Virus record (IMG/VR): IMGVR_UViG_3300031088_000734
From: a virus
Reading direction: 5' to 3' (one strand)
Length of the DNA stretch: 64,000 bases
Part shown: piece by piece, positions 29,563 to 39,500 of the stretch
Position numbering within the stretch: position 1 is the stretch's first letter
How the letters are laid out: every line of letters begins with the position of its first letter
The notes under the pieces: model-generated
Databases searched by the model: none
What the model was told of the DNA's origin: nothing
The model's input: the letters and a program-made list of their open reading frames with translations, nothing else
Made by a program: the position numbers and the translations under genes

Positions 29563-30813
29563 GTGCTATACTTGGTGGTATATTTTTATGAAGGTTTCTT
29601 GCCCATGTCCTTATCTCTTATTGAACAATTCGTCACTGTTGATAATGTGGAATCTGTTATTAACTCATTGCCTTTAAATAAAGTTAACTTTATTTCTGAC
29701 GTGGGTGATGTTACGTTTAAAGATGACATCATTGCTGGGTTTCGTCAGCAGAACTTTAAAATCATGTTTAACACTTTGCAAGAAAGCCTACTCTTTATGT
29801 TTTCTAACTTTTCTTTGTCTGAGATTAAAAGCATTGAATCCATGATGCAATTTTATATTCGGTTATTTCCCTATGATTTGATGGTTGAAGCCAATAAAAC
29901 ACCAGAAACGCTTCTTGCTATGTATCGTAGAGATGATTCATGTACTATCGACTTTAAATTGTTTTCTATTGATTACAGATACAACAAATGGATCTTTAAA
30001 ATTAATGACAAATACGCTAATGACATAAAGATGTATGACATGAGCTTTAAATCATTACAAATGTCTATCATCACGGCTATTGATACCATGTTTCTTGATA
30101 TTTTTAGAGATGAATCACTTGTCATCAATAATCAACTTGCTCTTACTGTTGCGAACAATCAAAGCAATTTTGATTTCAGTACCATGCGGTATAAACATCT
30201 ATTTACCTATGAGAATGATGTCACCTTTGCTGGGCATGTGCAGAGTTATGGTAATTTCCATGTAGTGACAGATAAAAACATTAAGTCGCGGGTTGTTCCA
30301 AGAGATGTGATGGTGGTGTCTGGAAACCAACGAGTGGAACATAATGTTTTGAATGTTGCTAAATTGACTGAAACTCATATTTCTATCCATAATGAATCTA
30401 TCAAATTGATGGATAAATTATTCAGTATTACCTTTTCACCTGTTGAATTAGAGTATTTAAAAAAGACCTTCGCATTGATGCGGCTTTCTGATCGTTGCTA
30501 TCCGCATCAACCTGACAACGAAATACAGATTATTCGAGCAAATACTGGGAAGAAAACGATTTTTAATCTGATCAGGGAGCGAATTCCTTTTCAGTTTAGA
30601 ACAGGCCGACACAGTATTTCTATTAGTACATCGATTTCATTAGGTTTTTATATTGAAGATGAATACCTTTCATGTCAAAATATTAAGTCCTTTAAAGATA
30701 CCTATCAATTGTGCTATAATAAGTTCATTGAACATGTGAGTAAAACATTCGACATTTCACCAGAAGAAGTAACGGAACTTCATTTTAAAACACTAGAAAT
30801 GTCTAGTTATTAG
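29563..30813 (+). CDS. hypothetical protein, C-terminal M-x-x-Y family (likely start ATG 29605)
   Basis: Ends FKTLEMSSY. Confidence 0.85.
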   Translation: MLYLVVYFYEGFLPMSLSLIEQFVTVDNVESVINSLPLNKVNFISDVGDVTFKDDIIAGFRQQNFKIMFNTLQESLLFMFSNFSLSEIKSIESMMQFYIRLFPYDLMVEANKTPETLLAMYRRDDSCTIDFKLFSIDYRYNKWIFKINDKYANDIKMYDMSFKSLQMSIITAIDTMFLDIFRDESLVINNQLALTVANNQSNFDFSTMRYKHLFTYENDVTFAGHVQSYGNFHVVTDKNIKSRVVPRDVMVVSGNQRVEHNVLNVAKLTETHISIHNESIKLMDKLFSITFSPVELEYLKKTFALMRLSDRCYPHQPDNEIQIIRANTGKKTIFNLIRERIPFQFRTGRHSISISTSISLGFYIEDEYLSCQNIKSFKDTYQLCYNKFIEHVSKTFDISPEEVTELHFKTLEMSSY

Positions 30814-30823
30814 GAGCTATTTT

Positions 30824-31627
30824 ATGTTTACGTTTCAGAAGTTTCAACAATGTGCCGCTGGCACTGAATTGACCGATAAACAATTCCAAAAAATTATTGC
30901 TAAACTGGCTATTCATTTGTCTAAGTACAATAATAACCCTAATATTTCTTTGGAATATTTATTGCGTAATTTAAAGGCAGATCCAACTTCAGTTCGATTT
31001 AGTTCAAACGACAATCCGTCTCGGCCTTTGGTGTTTATTGATATCAACTTCATGTTAGACGCCACCTTGATTGAAACTAGGGTAACGGCTGAATTTAATA
31101 ATTCTTCTTGTTATATTCCTTACACTTACAGTCATTTCAGTGTTACTGTACAACATACTGAACGTTCTGGTCTTTATGAACTCTTTGATATTTATAGACC
31201 GAAGGTAGGCACCAGTTATTTTTATTTTGCAGAATATGATAAAGAGTGTGTTTGTACTGTATCGGTGAGGGACGCTTTTAAGTTTTCACACCATTTTTCA
31301 CCGACTCGTAATCGCTTTCATATTGAATACAAGATGACGAAAGGAAAGCTCTTTTCTAGTTCAATTATCAATGATGAAAATGATGACTATGTTATTTATA
31401 AAAATAAACTATTGTCTGCAGAAGCTGAAACAGCGTACATCAACTTTGCCAACCTTGCATACACCAAGGATTCAGAATGGGTTAACTCTTTTGTCAAAAA
31501 TAGCATCAACTTTAAAAAGATGGATTGCTTTGCTGAATTGAAAACTATCTTCTTGTCGCTTTATGAAGGTGAACATCGAGAGATGTTGATCAATGAACTG
31601 AAAATTTTTGAGATGTATTACATCTAA
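30824..31627 (+). CDS. hypothetical protein, C-terminal M-x-x-I family
   Basis: GGAG SD; ends ELKIFEMYYI. Confidence 0.85.
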   Translation: MFTFQKFQQCAAGTELTDKQFQKIIAKLAIHLSKYNNNPNISLEYLLRNLKADPTSVRFSSNDNPSRPLVFIDINFMLDATLIETRVTAEFNNSSCYIPYTYSHFSVTVQHTERSGLYELFDIYRPKVGTSYFYFAEYDKECVCTVSVRDAFKFSHHFSPTRNRFHIEYKMTKGKLFSSSIINDENDDYVIYKNKLLSAEAETAYINFANLAYTKDSEWVNSFVKNSINFKKMDCFAELKTIFLSLYEGEHREMLINELKIFEMYYI

Positions 31628-31707
31628 TTAGTGCCAAAAAACTTTGATTGCGAATAAACCTAATTTGTAGTATAATAGCCTCATTAAAAACGATAGAGGC
31701 TTTTACC

Positions 31708-32199
31708 ATGACAAAGTATTGGGTAAACACAAATCAACCCGTTATCACGAAGGCGTTCATGACATTCGCTCATAATACCTTTTCGAAGTATCGTGGCGGT
31801 TATGGTTATGAGACTTATCCAGAAATTGACAACAAAGGGCGTTTGTCCTATGTCTATCAAGTGTCTGACCATTATCAGTCTTCTTGGACTGGGGGTGACG
31901 ATATTACCTACGAAAAGATGTGTGACTATACCGAGCTTGACCGCATTGTTCGCTTCTATGTTGGTCTTGTCGTTCCTAAATTGAAAAAAGATTATGTGGC
32001 AGAGATTGCTCAGCTTGTCAAAGCCGCGATGAAAACCTATACGCATGGTTATAAATCGGAATGGTATAACACTTATGGTTTTGATTGTGACGCTATCGAA
32101 TTAACACAAATCACTGAAATCGTGGTGGCTTATTTGAAAGAACACTCGATGTATCGAGAAAAAACAGAATATGTAGCAAAATCGATACACACTGTTTAA
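31708..32199 (+). CDS. hypothetical protein
   Basis: GAGG SD, own promoter, C(UUCG)G terminator at 32221-32248. Confidence 0.8.
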   Translation: MTKYWVNTNQPVITKAFMTFAHNTFSKYRGGYGYETYPEIDNKGRLSYVYQVSDHYQSSWTGGDDITYEKMCDYTELDRIVRFYVGLVVPKLKKDYVAEIAQLVKAAMKTYTHGYKSEWYNTYGFDCDAIELTQITEIVVAYLKEHSMYREKTEYVAKSIHTV

Positions 32200-32446
32200 T
32201 CTCATTGTCAATTGTTGTGCAAAAAGTCCTCTTCGGAGGATTTTTTTTTACTTAAAAGTTACTAAATTCTTATTCTTTGTTTAGACTTTGATTAAAGAAC
32301 ATTTATAGAAATTGTTCTAATATCTTTATATATCTTTGTTGATAAAATGCTATAAAATATAATTTTTTTATTGTTGTATTGTTTGACAATATATAAATGG
32401 AGGCATAAAATAGAAGTACGGATAACTACTCCTATGGAGGCTCAAA

Positions 32447-32905
32447 ATGTCTAAGACCTTTAATCAATTACTTATTGAAGATGTTCTAGAAAGTGACAAC
32501 AAAGAGTTCTTTAAACTGGTGGCTTGTCACAACAAGACTCGATTTAGATGGCAAACTGGTGTTTTCTTCTTTATCTTCTTCGGGTATCTCATTCAACGTT
32601 CTGTTTTTGGAAATCCATTTCCATACCTTTGGATAGCTCTCGCAGCTCTTGCTGTTTTTATCTTATTTAACTTTGCAAAACAACATTTAACCTTTATCAA
32701 GTTCTTTAATTTGAAATATAGAATTAGTCATCTTGAACATGTGTGTGATTGTGCTATTGCAGGTGATGATGAAGAAATTAAGGCAGATGCACGCTCTATA
32801 AAAGCTGACATTGAAAAAGGAATTGTTGATAGCAAGTATTTAGAAAAGTTGTTGTTGGATAGAAAACACTTGGAAGAATACATTGACCAAAAATATGGTG
32901 ATTAA
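32447..32905 (+). CDS. 2-TM membrane protein
   Basis: GGAGG SD; two hydrophobic helices. Confidence 0.8.
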   Translation: MSKTFNQLLIEDVLESDNKEFFKLVACHNKTRFRWQTGVFFFIFFGYLIQRSVFGNPFPYLWIALAALAVFILFNFAKQHLTFIKFFNLKYRISHLEHVCDCAIAGDDEEIKADARSIKADIEKGIVDSKYLEKLLLDRKHLEEYIDQKYGD

Positions 32906-33000
32906 TCCTTATTGTTAGAAGTAAAACTCTTCGCCAAACCTTGAAAATTTGGCTTTTTAATGTTATAATTAGGCAATTATTCAATACAGGAGCATTCATC

Positions 33001-33186
33001 ATGTCTTCAAGAGCCGAACGATTTGCGAATTGCAAACATGAAAAAGTTCAAGATTTTACAGATATTTGCCTTCAGTGTGGCGAAAGTATCTATGCGACAG
33101 TTGGTGAAATCAACCTAGAAGAACATCGCAAAGAACGTGATAAGAGAGAAAAATCCAAATTCGACCCTGATGATACTGGTTGGTAA
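33001..33186 (+). CDS. small zinc-ribbon-like protein
   Basis: AGGAG SD; CKH...CLQC. Confidence 0.7.
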   Translation: MSSRAERFANCKHEKVQDFTDICLQCGESIYATVGEINLEEHRKERDKREKSKFDPDDTGW

Positions 33187-33267
33187 TCGAATTAACCACA
33201 ATCCAGAATAGCTTCTCTTTTGAGTGGCTTTGTGGTATAATAAACTATCAATTCAGGAGCTATCCCT

Positions 33268-34026
33268 ATGCCTAATTACACGTCTATTTCCAAACAAGAA
33301 GCTATCGCTAAATTTGGTCACTATTTTGTATTGGAAAGCTCTAATAATCGTTGGGGCTATGAAATTGTTGAAAAACTGGGTCAGAATCATTCTATTTTTG
33401 ATGAAGATGATGACACAATGGATTTTGACGAAGCGTGTGGCTCATTGGCAGCAAAAGTAAGGATTGCAGCTCAAAAAACGACCATTAATAATGACTTCAT
33501 GCTTAATTCGTTTTCTCACAAATGGGATCTTTTCTTTTATCGTAAAGGTTGGCTCAATGCACAAACCAGTGAGAAAATTTATAATTTCCTTGCAAAAGAT
33601 GACATTGCTCGAAAAAATTTGGTGGATGAAATCCCATTTGAACAGTTGCTTAAACCGCTTCCTGATCAATTTCATTTGCCAGAAATATGTTTTGAAAAAG
33701 ATAAAATCTATTACCAGTTTAACCACGCTCACAGTGTGTATCAAAAAAGCGAAATGACAGAAATCATTCCAGATGAAATTGACGTTTCTTTTGATGATAA
33801 CAATGTGATTTCTATGAGTGTTTCGTTTACTAAAAAAGATGGTGAAAAAGTCAATGGTTCTGTTTCACGTCAAAATTTTAAAAAACATAATGAACAACCT
33901 TACTTTGAGACAGGTTACACAGGTATTTATGTCTTCACCGACAAGGATGAATGTAAGAAGTTTGCAATTAGTCAACTCAACAAAGACATTGAACATTTTC
34001 AAAAATCAATTGAAGCATTATCTTAA
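33268..34026 (+). CDS. hypothetical protein
   Basis: AGGAG SD, TGGTATAAT promoter, convergent terminator at about 34048-34075. Confidence 0.8.
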   Translation: MPNYTSISKQEAIAKFGHYFVLESSNNRWGYEIVEKLGQNHSIFDEDDDTMDFDEACGSLAAKVRIAAQKTTINNDFMLNSFSHKWDLFFYRKGWLNAQTSEKIYNFLAKDDIARKNLVDEIPFEQLLKPLPDQFHLPEICFEKDKIYYQFNHAHSVYQKSEMTEIIPDEIDVSFDDNNVISMSVSFTKKDGEKVNGSVSRQNFKKHNEQPYFETGYTGIYVFTDKDECKKFAISQLNKDIEHFQKSIEALS

Positions 34027-34078
34027 TCATTCTTCTTGGTGTTAACAAAAAGCCTGATTGATTTCAGGCTTTATTGTT

Positions 34079-34957
34079 TTAAATGTTCAGCATGTCTAAA
34101 AATTCAAGATCCCTACTGGTGAAATACTCACTGTCTCTAAAATTATCTTGCAATATATTAGGTTTTAATTCAAACAACACGTCTTTATTAATTAGTCTAT
34201 TTTTGTAATAACAGAACACTTCAAGTGTATTACCTTTCATGTCTTCTACGATAACAGCAGGAATGATCTTATTTTCGTCAGGGTTCATTGTTGTATAGAT
34301 TTGAATACCTAGTTGGATGTAGTGATGAATTTTAAGATAAGTTCCCTCCTTTTCTTCAAATACAAAATGTTGATGACCCGAAATAACATCATATTCTGAT
34401 ATTTCAAAGACACTTGCTGTTTTTTCATCGTAGTAAGGAACTAACCTATCATCTATTTTTCTTTGAATCGTTTTCTTGACTAGGCTCATTAGCCCTTTAC
34501 TTGTTATAAATTCCACATCAAAAACCATGTCATTTTTTAAATTCATTTGATCGAAGTATTGTTGAATGATGTCTTTTTCTTGTATATCGAATGAAAAAGA
34601 AGAATTTTTCAGTATAAGATCTTCAAACTTTTCTAAATTAAGCGTCCCTTTATATTCAGGAGAACATTTGTTTTTATCATAGTTACTGAATTCAATGAGT
34701 TCTACTTCCCTTGTATTAACTTTATTGTTTTTGGTGTTTTGATAATACATTGTTTTCATTCCCATGTTAGGCATAAGACCTACCAACAAATTTTGCAGCG
34801 TTTGAGTTGACCCATGAGCGAATGGGTTAATGCTATTAGACATTTTTTGATTTTGGTCATTTATTGAAATTAATTTATCATAAATGTCATCACTTATTTC
34901 GTAATCTGGATATATATTTACTGTGTGCTTTGATTTTGTTGGCATGTTTTTCTCCAT
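34079..34957 (-). CDS. hypothetical protein, C-terminal M-x-x-I family
   Basis: Ends DMLNI; paralog of 34960 (NPDENKIIPAV...LEVxCYYK). Confidence 0.85.
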   Translation of the reverse strand: MEKNMPTKSKHTVNIYPDYEISDDIYDKLISINDQNQKMSNSINPFAHGSTQTLQNLLVGLMPNMGMKTMYYQNTKNNKVNTREVELIEFSNYDKNKCSPEYKGTLNLEKFEDLILKNSSFSFDIQEKDIIQQYFDQMNLKNDMVFDVEFITSKGLMSLVKKTIQRKIDDRLVPYYDEKTASVFEISEYDVISGHQHFVFEEKEGTYLKIHHYIQLGIQIYTTMNPDENKIIPAVIVEDMKGNTLEVFCYYKNRLINKDVLFELKPNILQDNFRDSEYFTSRDLEFLDMLNI

Positions 34958-34959
34958 TT

Positions 34960-35844
34960 TTAAATCATTGTCATATTGAGAAATTCAATATCGCGTTTAT
35001 CAAAATAACCATCTGTAATAAAAGATTCTGATAATAAATTGGGCTTCAGCTCTTTCATTATTTCAGGTGAAATACATTTTTTCTTGTAGTAACAATGCAC
35101 TTCCAATGGATTACCCATTAAATCAGTCACCACCACTGCAGGCACTATTTTATCTTCATCTGGGTTCTTGATAAGCTTTACAAGTAAACTTAATTCATTA
35201 TAACAATGCAATTCTAAGTAGCTCGCTGTCTTTTCATAGTCAAAAAGACACGATTCGTTTAATTCTTTTGAACTGTTATATGTAATGTAACTAGGGGTTA
35301 ACTCATCGAAATAATGAACCGATTTATTATTGATTTTTTTTACGAATTTTTTGTGTTTCATGTATAATTTTTGTTTGCTTTTTAATAGTTCTATTTCAAT
35401 CATTAAATCATTTTTGACCGGCAAATTATCTAACAACTCTTTGAAATGATCTTCCATGTCAGCATTTAAAGTTATAAAATCATGACCAAATACAATATCG
35501 TTAAAAATTGATTCATTGAGAGTGTCTATATGTTTGAATTCTATTTTATTTTTAGGATGCTGATTAAATTTGTGTGCTGAACTTGTCCAATTAATCAGCC
35601 ATTCTTCAAAAAAAGGTATAGGTGATATCGGTGGTAGTGCTAAAATAGGGAAAGAAGACGCAAACGTCGATTTTGTACGTGGCTGCACAATATTTTGGCT
35701 TAGACTTTTTATTCTGGAATTCCAAAAATTTGAACAATTTACATTTTTTATCGAGTCGATATTTATATCTAATAATTCAACAGGATCTTCTATTTCAAAA
35801 GTCGGATATATTGTAAGGGTATGTTGTGACATGATAATCTCCAA
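34960..35844 (-). CDS. hypothetical protein, C-terminal M-x-x-I family
   Basis: Ends NMTMI; paralog of 34079. Confidence 0.85.
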   Translation of the reverse strand: MEIIMSQHTLTIYPTFEIEDPVELLDINIDSIKNVNCSNFWNSRIKSLSQNIVQPRTKSTFASSFPILALPPISPIPFFEEWLINWTSSAHKFNQHPKNKIEFKHIDTLNESIFNDIVFGHDFITLNADMEDHFKELLDNLPVKNDLMIEIELLKSKQKLYMKHKKFVKKINNKSVHYFDELTPSYITYNSSKELNESCLFDYEKTASYLELHCYNELSLLVKLIKNPDEDKIVPAVVVTDLMGNPLEVHCYYKKKCISPEIMKELKPNLLSESFITDGYFDKRDIEFLNMTMI

Positions 35845-35926
35845 AGATCTTACATCTTATCATATTTCTTACTAAAAATCCATCATTTTATTGTGTTTTT
35901 TATTTGTTAAATAACGAAAAAAAATG

Positions 35927-35955
35927 TTGCCATTTCCAAAAAACATTGATAGAAT
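35927..35955 (+). promoter_or_regulatory. sigma70 extended -10 promoter driving an apparently non-coding transcript
   Basis: TTGCCA-17 nt-TAGAAT with a TGn extension. Confidence 0.7.
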
Positions 35956-35961
35956 ACAAAC

Positions 35962-36080
35962 ACTTAAACAAAAGCAGTAAATAAACGGTTGAAAACACCA
36001 AAGGTCATAAACGCTAGTCGCCTCAAACCATCTTGTAGGCAAGCGGTTCAATAGAATACTTTATGACATCTTAACTATTT
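35962..36080 (+). ncRNA. candidate small structured RNA or leader
   Basis: Nested stems GTCATAAA/TTTATGAC, CGCT/AGCG, GCCT/AGGC; no ORF. Confidence 0.35.
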
Positions 36081-36129
36081 ATTAACTTGATATTGGAGTA
36101 TTTTGAAATGTAAAATTTTAAAAATAATA

Positions 36130-36158
36130 TTGACAAAAAGACAAAATAGAGATAAAAT
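36130..36158 (+). promoter_or_regulatory. near-consensus sigma70 promoter
   Basis: TTGACA-17 nt-TAAAAT. Confidence 0.8.
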
Positions 36159-36203
36159 TAACCCGCAACAAAATAAAATTTAACAGAATTGGAGATCTAC
36201 AAC

Positions 36204-36323
36204 ATGGCACAAAGCGAAAAAGTAAAACGTGAAATTGAACTGGCTTACCGTAAACGTGAGTCTGAAATCGAAGCCCAAAAAGACCGTGACTGGGCACGTC
36301 ATCAAAAAACTGCTCGCAAGTAA
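36204..36323 (+). CDS. 39-aa charged helical protein (absent from the ORF track)
   Basis: MAQSEKVKREIELAYRKRESEIEAQKDRDWARHQKTARK; own promoter, GGAG SD, terminator at about 36340-36366. Confidence 0.8.
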   Translation: MAQSEKVKREIELAYRKRESEIEAQKDRDWARHQKTARK

Positions 36324-36381
36324 GTCTTGATTGAGACATAAAAAAAACCCCTTCTAGGGGTTTTTTGTTTTCTGCACTTAA

Positions 36382-36873
36382 TTAAGTAGAAACTTTATCA
36401 TTGCTTGAGCGAATTAAATTATAAATATCGTGATCTGTCATATCTCTTCTTTTCGTTATTAAATTTGAATAACTTTCTGCAATCTCTTTTTCTATTTCAG
36501 GTTTTCTTCTCTCAATGACTTTTAATACTTTTACTAGATCTGTAATGCTCTCTGAGTAAATTTCACCTTTCAACATTCCGTCTACAATAAATATTATTGC
36601 TTGTGATTCATCCATCAAAGAAACTTTTGATTGTTTTTCTAATATTGATTTTTTATACTTGTTTTTCATTTTTTTGTAGAAAACAAAACAACTAACTGTT
36701 GAGATTGTTAGCCAAATAAGAAATCCATATACGAAATTCATTAGTTGATCGGGCATGGCATAGTACACAGTTGTAAAACATAAAACCAGCACTAAACAAA
36801 TAGAAAGCACTGAAATAAATAATGAAAACATATTAAATCTCCTTTTAAATATATTATTAAAAAATGTTATCAT
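36382..36873 (-). CDS. 2-TM membrane protein (likely start ATG 36831)
   Basis: Hydrophobic N-half; AAGGAG SD. Confidence 0.75.
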   Translation of the reverse strand: MITFFNNIFKRRFNMFSLFISVLSICLVLVLCFTTVYYAMPDQLMNFVYGFLIWLTISTVSCFVFYKKMKNKYKKSILEKQSKVSLMDESQAIIFIVDGMLKGEIYSESITDLVKVLKVIERRKPEIEKEIAESYSNLITKRRDMTDHDIYNLIRSSNDKVST

Positions 36874-37006
36874 TTTATTTTTTCATTTCAAATTTTATTT
36901 ATTATATTATAGTTTTTTTTAACAATTAATTAGTAAAAATCATTTAAGATATTCAACTATTTTAAAATTATGATATACTGTTAAAAAAACAATAATAAAT
37001 TTTATA

Positions 37007-38485
37007 ATGAATCGCTTTCAAAAACTTCAAAATATAAAAGAAACATTCGATGATAAACTATACCAGACAGATGATTTTAAAATCACAAAGGGATTGCTTT
37101 ATAATTTTGGAGCTTACATTGAGGCAAATAAAGGTATTTTGTATGGTTTGTTAGGTGCGTCTCTTTTCAATATGGCTACTAATGCTATGCCTGTCCACAA
37201 TACTGTTGCTACACCAGCCTTTAACAATCCTGCACTCATCTCTCAAATGAAAAACAAGCTTGATTCAAATTTGATTAATAGCCGTGGTATGGATGTTTAT
37301 TCCAAGATAGAAGAATTCAAAAAAAATGTAAAGTTGAACAATACTATTCAAAATCATCGTTACGCTGGTAAAGATATACATGCGTTGAATGCTGAATCCA
37401 TTAAAGACTTGAAAAATAATGCTGAAGGTTCTACACAGATATTTGAGAACCCGTTCTGGAAAGGTAACGTTGTTGAAATAGAAGCTTCTAACTATTACAT
37501 GAACAAATTTGTATTCTCTAATTATTATATGGTTAATGACATCAAAGTTAATGCCGATAACGCTCTGTTGTTAACTGATAATAGTGAACAAAAATTATAT
37601 TACAATCATCAAGATGTCAAGGATTTTGCGAATTATAGTGAAACAACGAATATTGATTTGATGACTAAATATGTCGTTTACCACGAAGCTGCACATGGAG
37701 CTTTCAGACAAGCGTATACATTAGGTAGTGATCCTAACGTGTTAAAAAACGAAGTGCATTCCGATATCTCTTCATTGACCATGATAGGTGTTGAATCTAA
37801 AAGTTTGGCTGAATTCAATGAAGCTGTTGATATGGTCATGCAAATGCGAGTGAAATCGTTGAAAGATGGTGATTATGGTCATAATGACTCTTATGCCATC
37901 AGTGAATTAAAGAAAGTCATCAATGACAACCCAGATTTGTTAAAAATGAAAGTTGAAGACATCTCAGAGTTCTCTTATATTTTAACAGACACTTTGTTTA
38001 AAGAAAACGTCAAAAAAAATAATGCAGACTTGCTTGAAAAAATGGGGATAACCCTTGATCAAAAAAGTATATTCAATGATTTAAAAGCTTACAGAAATTT
38101 AGATTTGTATGATGCTGCTGGTGTTAAAATCACAGGTAAATATATGTTTAGAACTGAAGAAATGATTAAAGAAGGTATGGATTCAAGATTAAAAAACTTT
38201 GCTGGTAAAGTTGCAAAAACTTTTGATAAACACATGCAGTTTGATACAACTAGTACATTAATGTTCAGAGATAATGGTGGCAATGTGGCTAAAACCACTC
38301 AGGCTATTCATGACAGCGTTGAAAAGAATCCAATTATTTCTAAAACCGTTATTGATCCGATTAAACAAAAAGTACATATAGATGGATTAGATTATGATTT
38401 ATCAAAAATCAATGACATTCGATTGAAGCAAATTGCAAAAGAAACTCAAACCTATGTCAATAAACATAACCAAAAACTTCAATAA
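37007..38485 (+). CDS. putative zinc metallopeptidase (HEXXH + E)
   Basis: YHEAAHG...NEVHSD; hydrophobic segment near the N-terminus. Confidence 0.55.
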   Translation: MNRFQKLQNIKETFDDKLYQTDDFKITKGLLYNFGAYIEANKGILYGLLGASLFNMATNAMPVHNTVATPAFNNPALISQMKNKLDSNLINSRGMDVYSKIEEFKKNVKLNNTIQNHRYAGKDIHALNAESIKDLKNNAEGSTQIFENPFWKGNVVEIEASNYYMNKFVFSNYYMVNDIKVNADNALLLTDNSEQKLYYNHQDVKDFANYSETTNIDLMTKYVVYHEAAHGAFRQAYTLGSDPNVLKNEVHSDISSLTMIGVESKSLAEFNEAVDMVMQMRVKSLKDGDYGHNDSYAISELKKVINDNPDLLKMKVEDISEFSYILTDTLFKENVKKNNADLLEKMGITLDQKSIFNDLKAYRNLDLYDAAGVKITGKYMFRTEEMIKEGMDSRLKNFAGKVAKTFDKHMQFDTTSTLMFRDNGGNVAKTTQAIHDSVEKNPIISKTVIDPIKQKVHIDGLDYDLSKINDIRLKQIAKETQTYVNKHNQKLQ

Positions 38486-38578
38486 GACACTTCAGTGTCT
38501 TTTCCAGCAGATCATTTTGCTTGTTTGGTTATTTTAACAGTGGTATAATTCAATCTCTTAAACAGTGGAGTTAACGAC

Positions 38579-38809
38579 ATGACCATCAAATTGAAAGACG
38601 AAGTTGTAATGAAAGCGGCTGTCATTAAACGCACCAACCATTCAGATTTCGCTAAAAACTTTAAAGGTGTCGTGGTTAATCTTGTTGGTAATACGGCTGA
38701 TGTTCAAACTCAAGATGGCCTTCGTTCAGTGCCTACTGCAAACCTTTCAGCAGTTCGCAGTGTCTATGATTCGAGAACTGAAAAAACATCCAGCATTATT
38801 TTTGATTAA
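38579..38809 (+). CDS. small beta-rich hypothetical protein
   Basis: GGAG SD, TGGTATAAT promoter. Confidence 0.75.
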   Translation: MTIKLKDEVVMKAAVIKRTNHSDFAKNFKGVVVNLVGNTADVQTQDGLRSVPTANLSAVRSVYDSRTEKTSSIIFD

Positions 38810-39369
38810 TGCTCTTGGATATACAACATAGGCTTGCCAGACCATACATCTTTGTTTGATAGCATTCTGACAATCATGTAGGCTTCTGTTTGGTCATAGG
38901 TTTCAAATTTTCTGGTTGTATACTCAGTTTTCTCTTTACTATCTAAATTGAAATTGAATGATTCCAATTTGAAACCTTTTTTAACAGCAAGTCGTTCAAT
39001 TGCTTTCGATATTTCAGCTTTAGTAAATGTTTTATGCTCTTGATTAGTTATTTTATCATCACCCGCTTTCTCGACTAAACAAGTTATCAACTTAGGTTTC
39101 TGGTTAGAGACTCTTGAAATACAGATGGTTTCATAATTATCAGTGCTTTCACGTTCTCTCATACTGAATGACGATCCTGACACACTGGTCATAAATCCTA
39201 TACTTAACGACTTTTTGTTGGAAGGTATTGAAATCATCTCGATTCCACTGTCCAATGTCGTTATTTTGTATTCAGGATCTGGATACTTTTCAGCACTTTT
39301 TTCTGGTTGGTTGGAACACGCATTTAGTAGTATTAAAATACTCAAACCTATTAATTTTTTTATGTTCAT
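38806..39369 (-). CDS. lipoprotein
   Basis: MNIKKLIGLSILILLNA|C lipobox. Confidence 0.75.
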   Translation of the reverse strand: MNIKKLIGLSILILLNACSNQPEKSAEKYPDPEYKITTLDSGIEMISIPSNKKSLSIGFMTSVSGSSFSMRERESTDNYETICISRVSNQKPKLITCLVEKAGDDKITNQEHKTFTKAEISKAIERLAVKKGFKLESFNFNLDSKEKTEYTTRKFETYDQTEAYMIVRMLSNKDVWSGKPMLYIQEH

Positions 39370-39500
39370 GCTATAAGTCCTCTATGCTATATTTGCCATT
39401 TATCCTACCACTTATTGCTGTTAAGTCAATATAAATCAATTGATAAAAAATAGAAAATATGCTATAATCCCAACTTAAAAATTTAAATTGAGTATTATTA

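Noticed and set aside
35962-36080. Firm c-di-GMP-I riboswitch call
   Set aside because: Only part of the second hairpin resembles it; the ligand-binding GGCAAA/GCAAAG elements are missing
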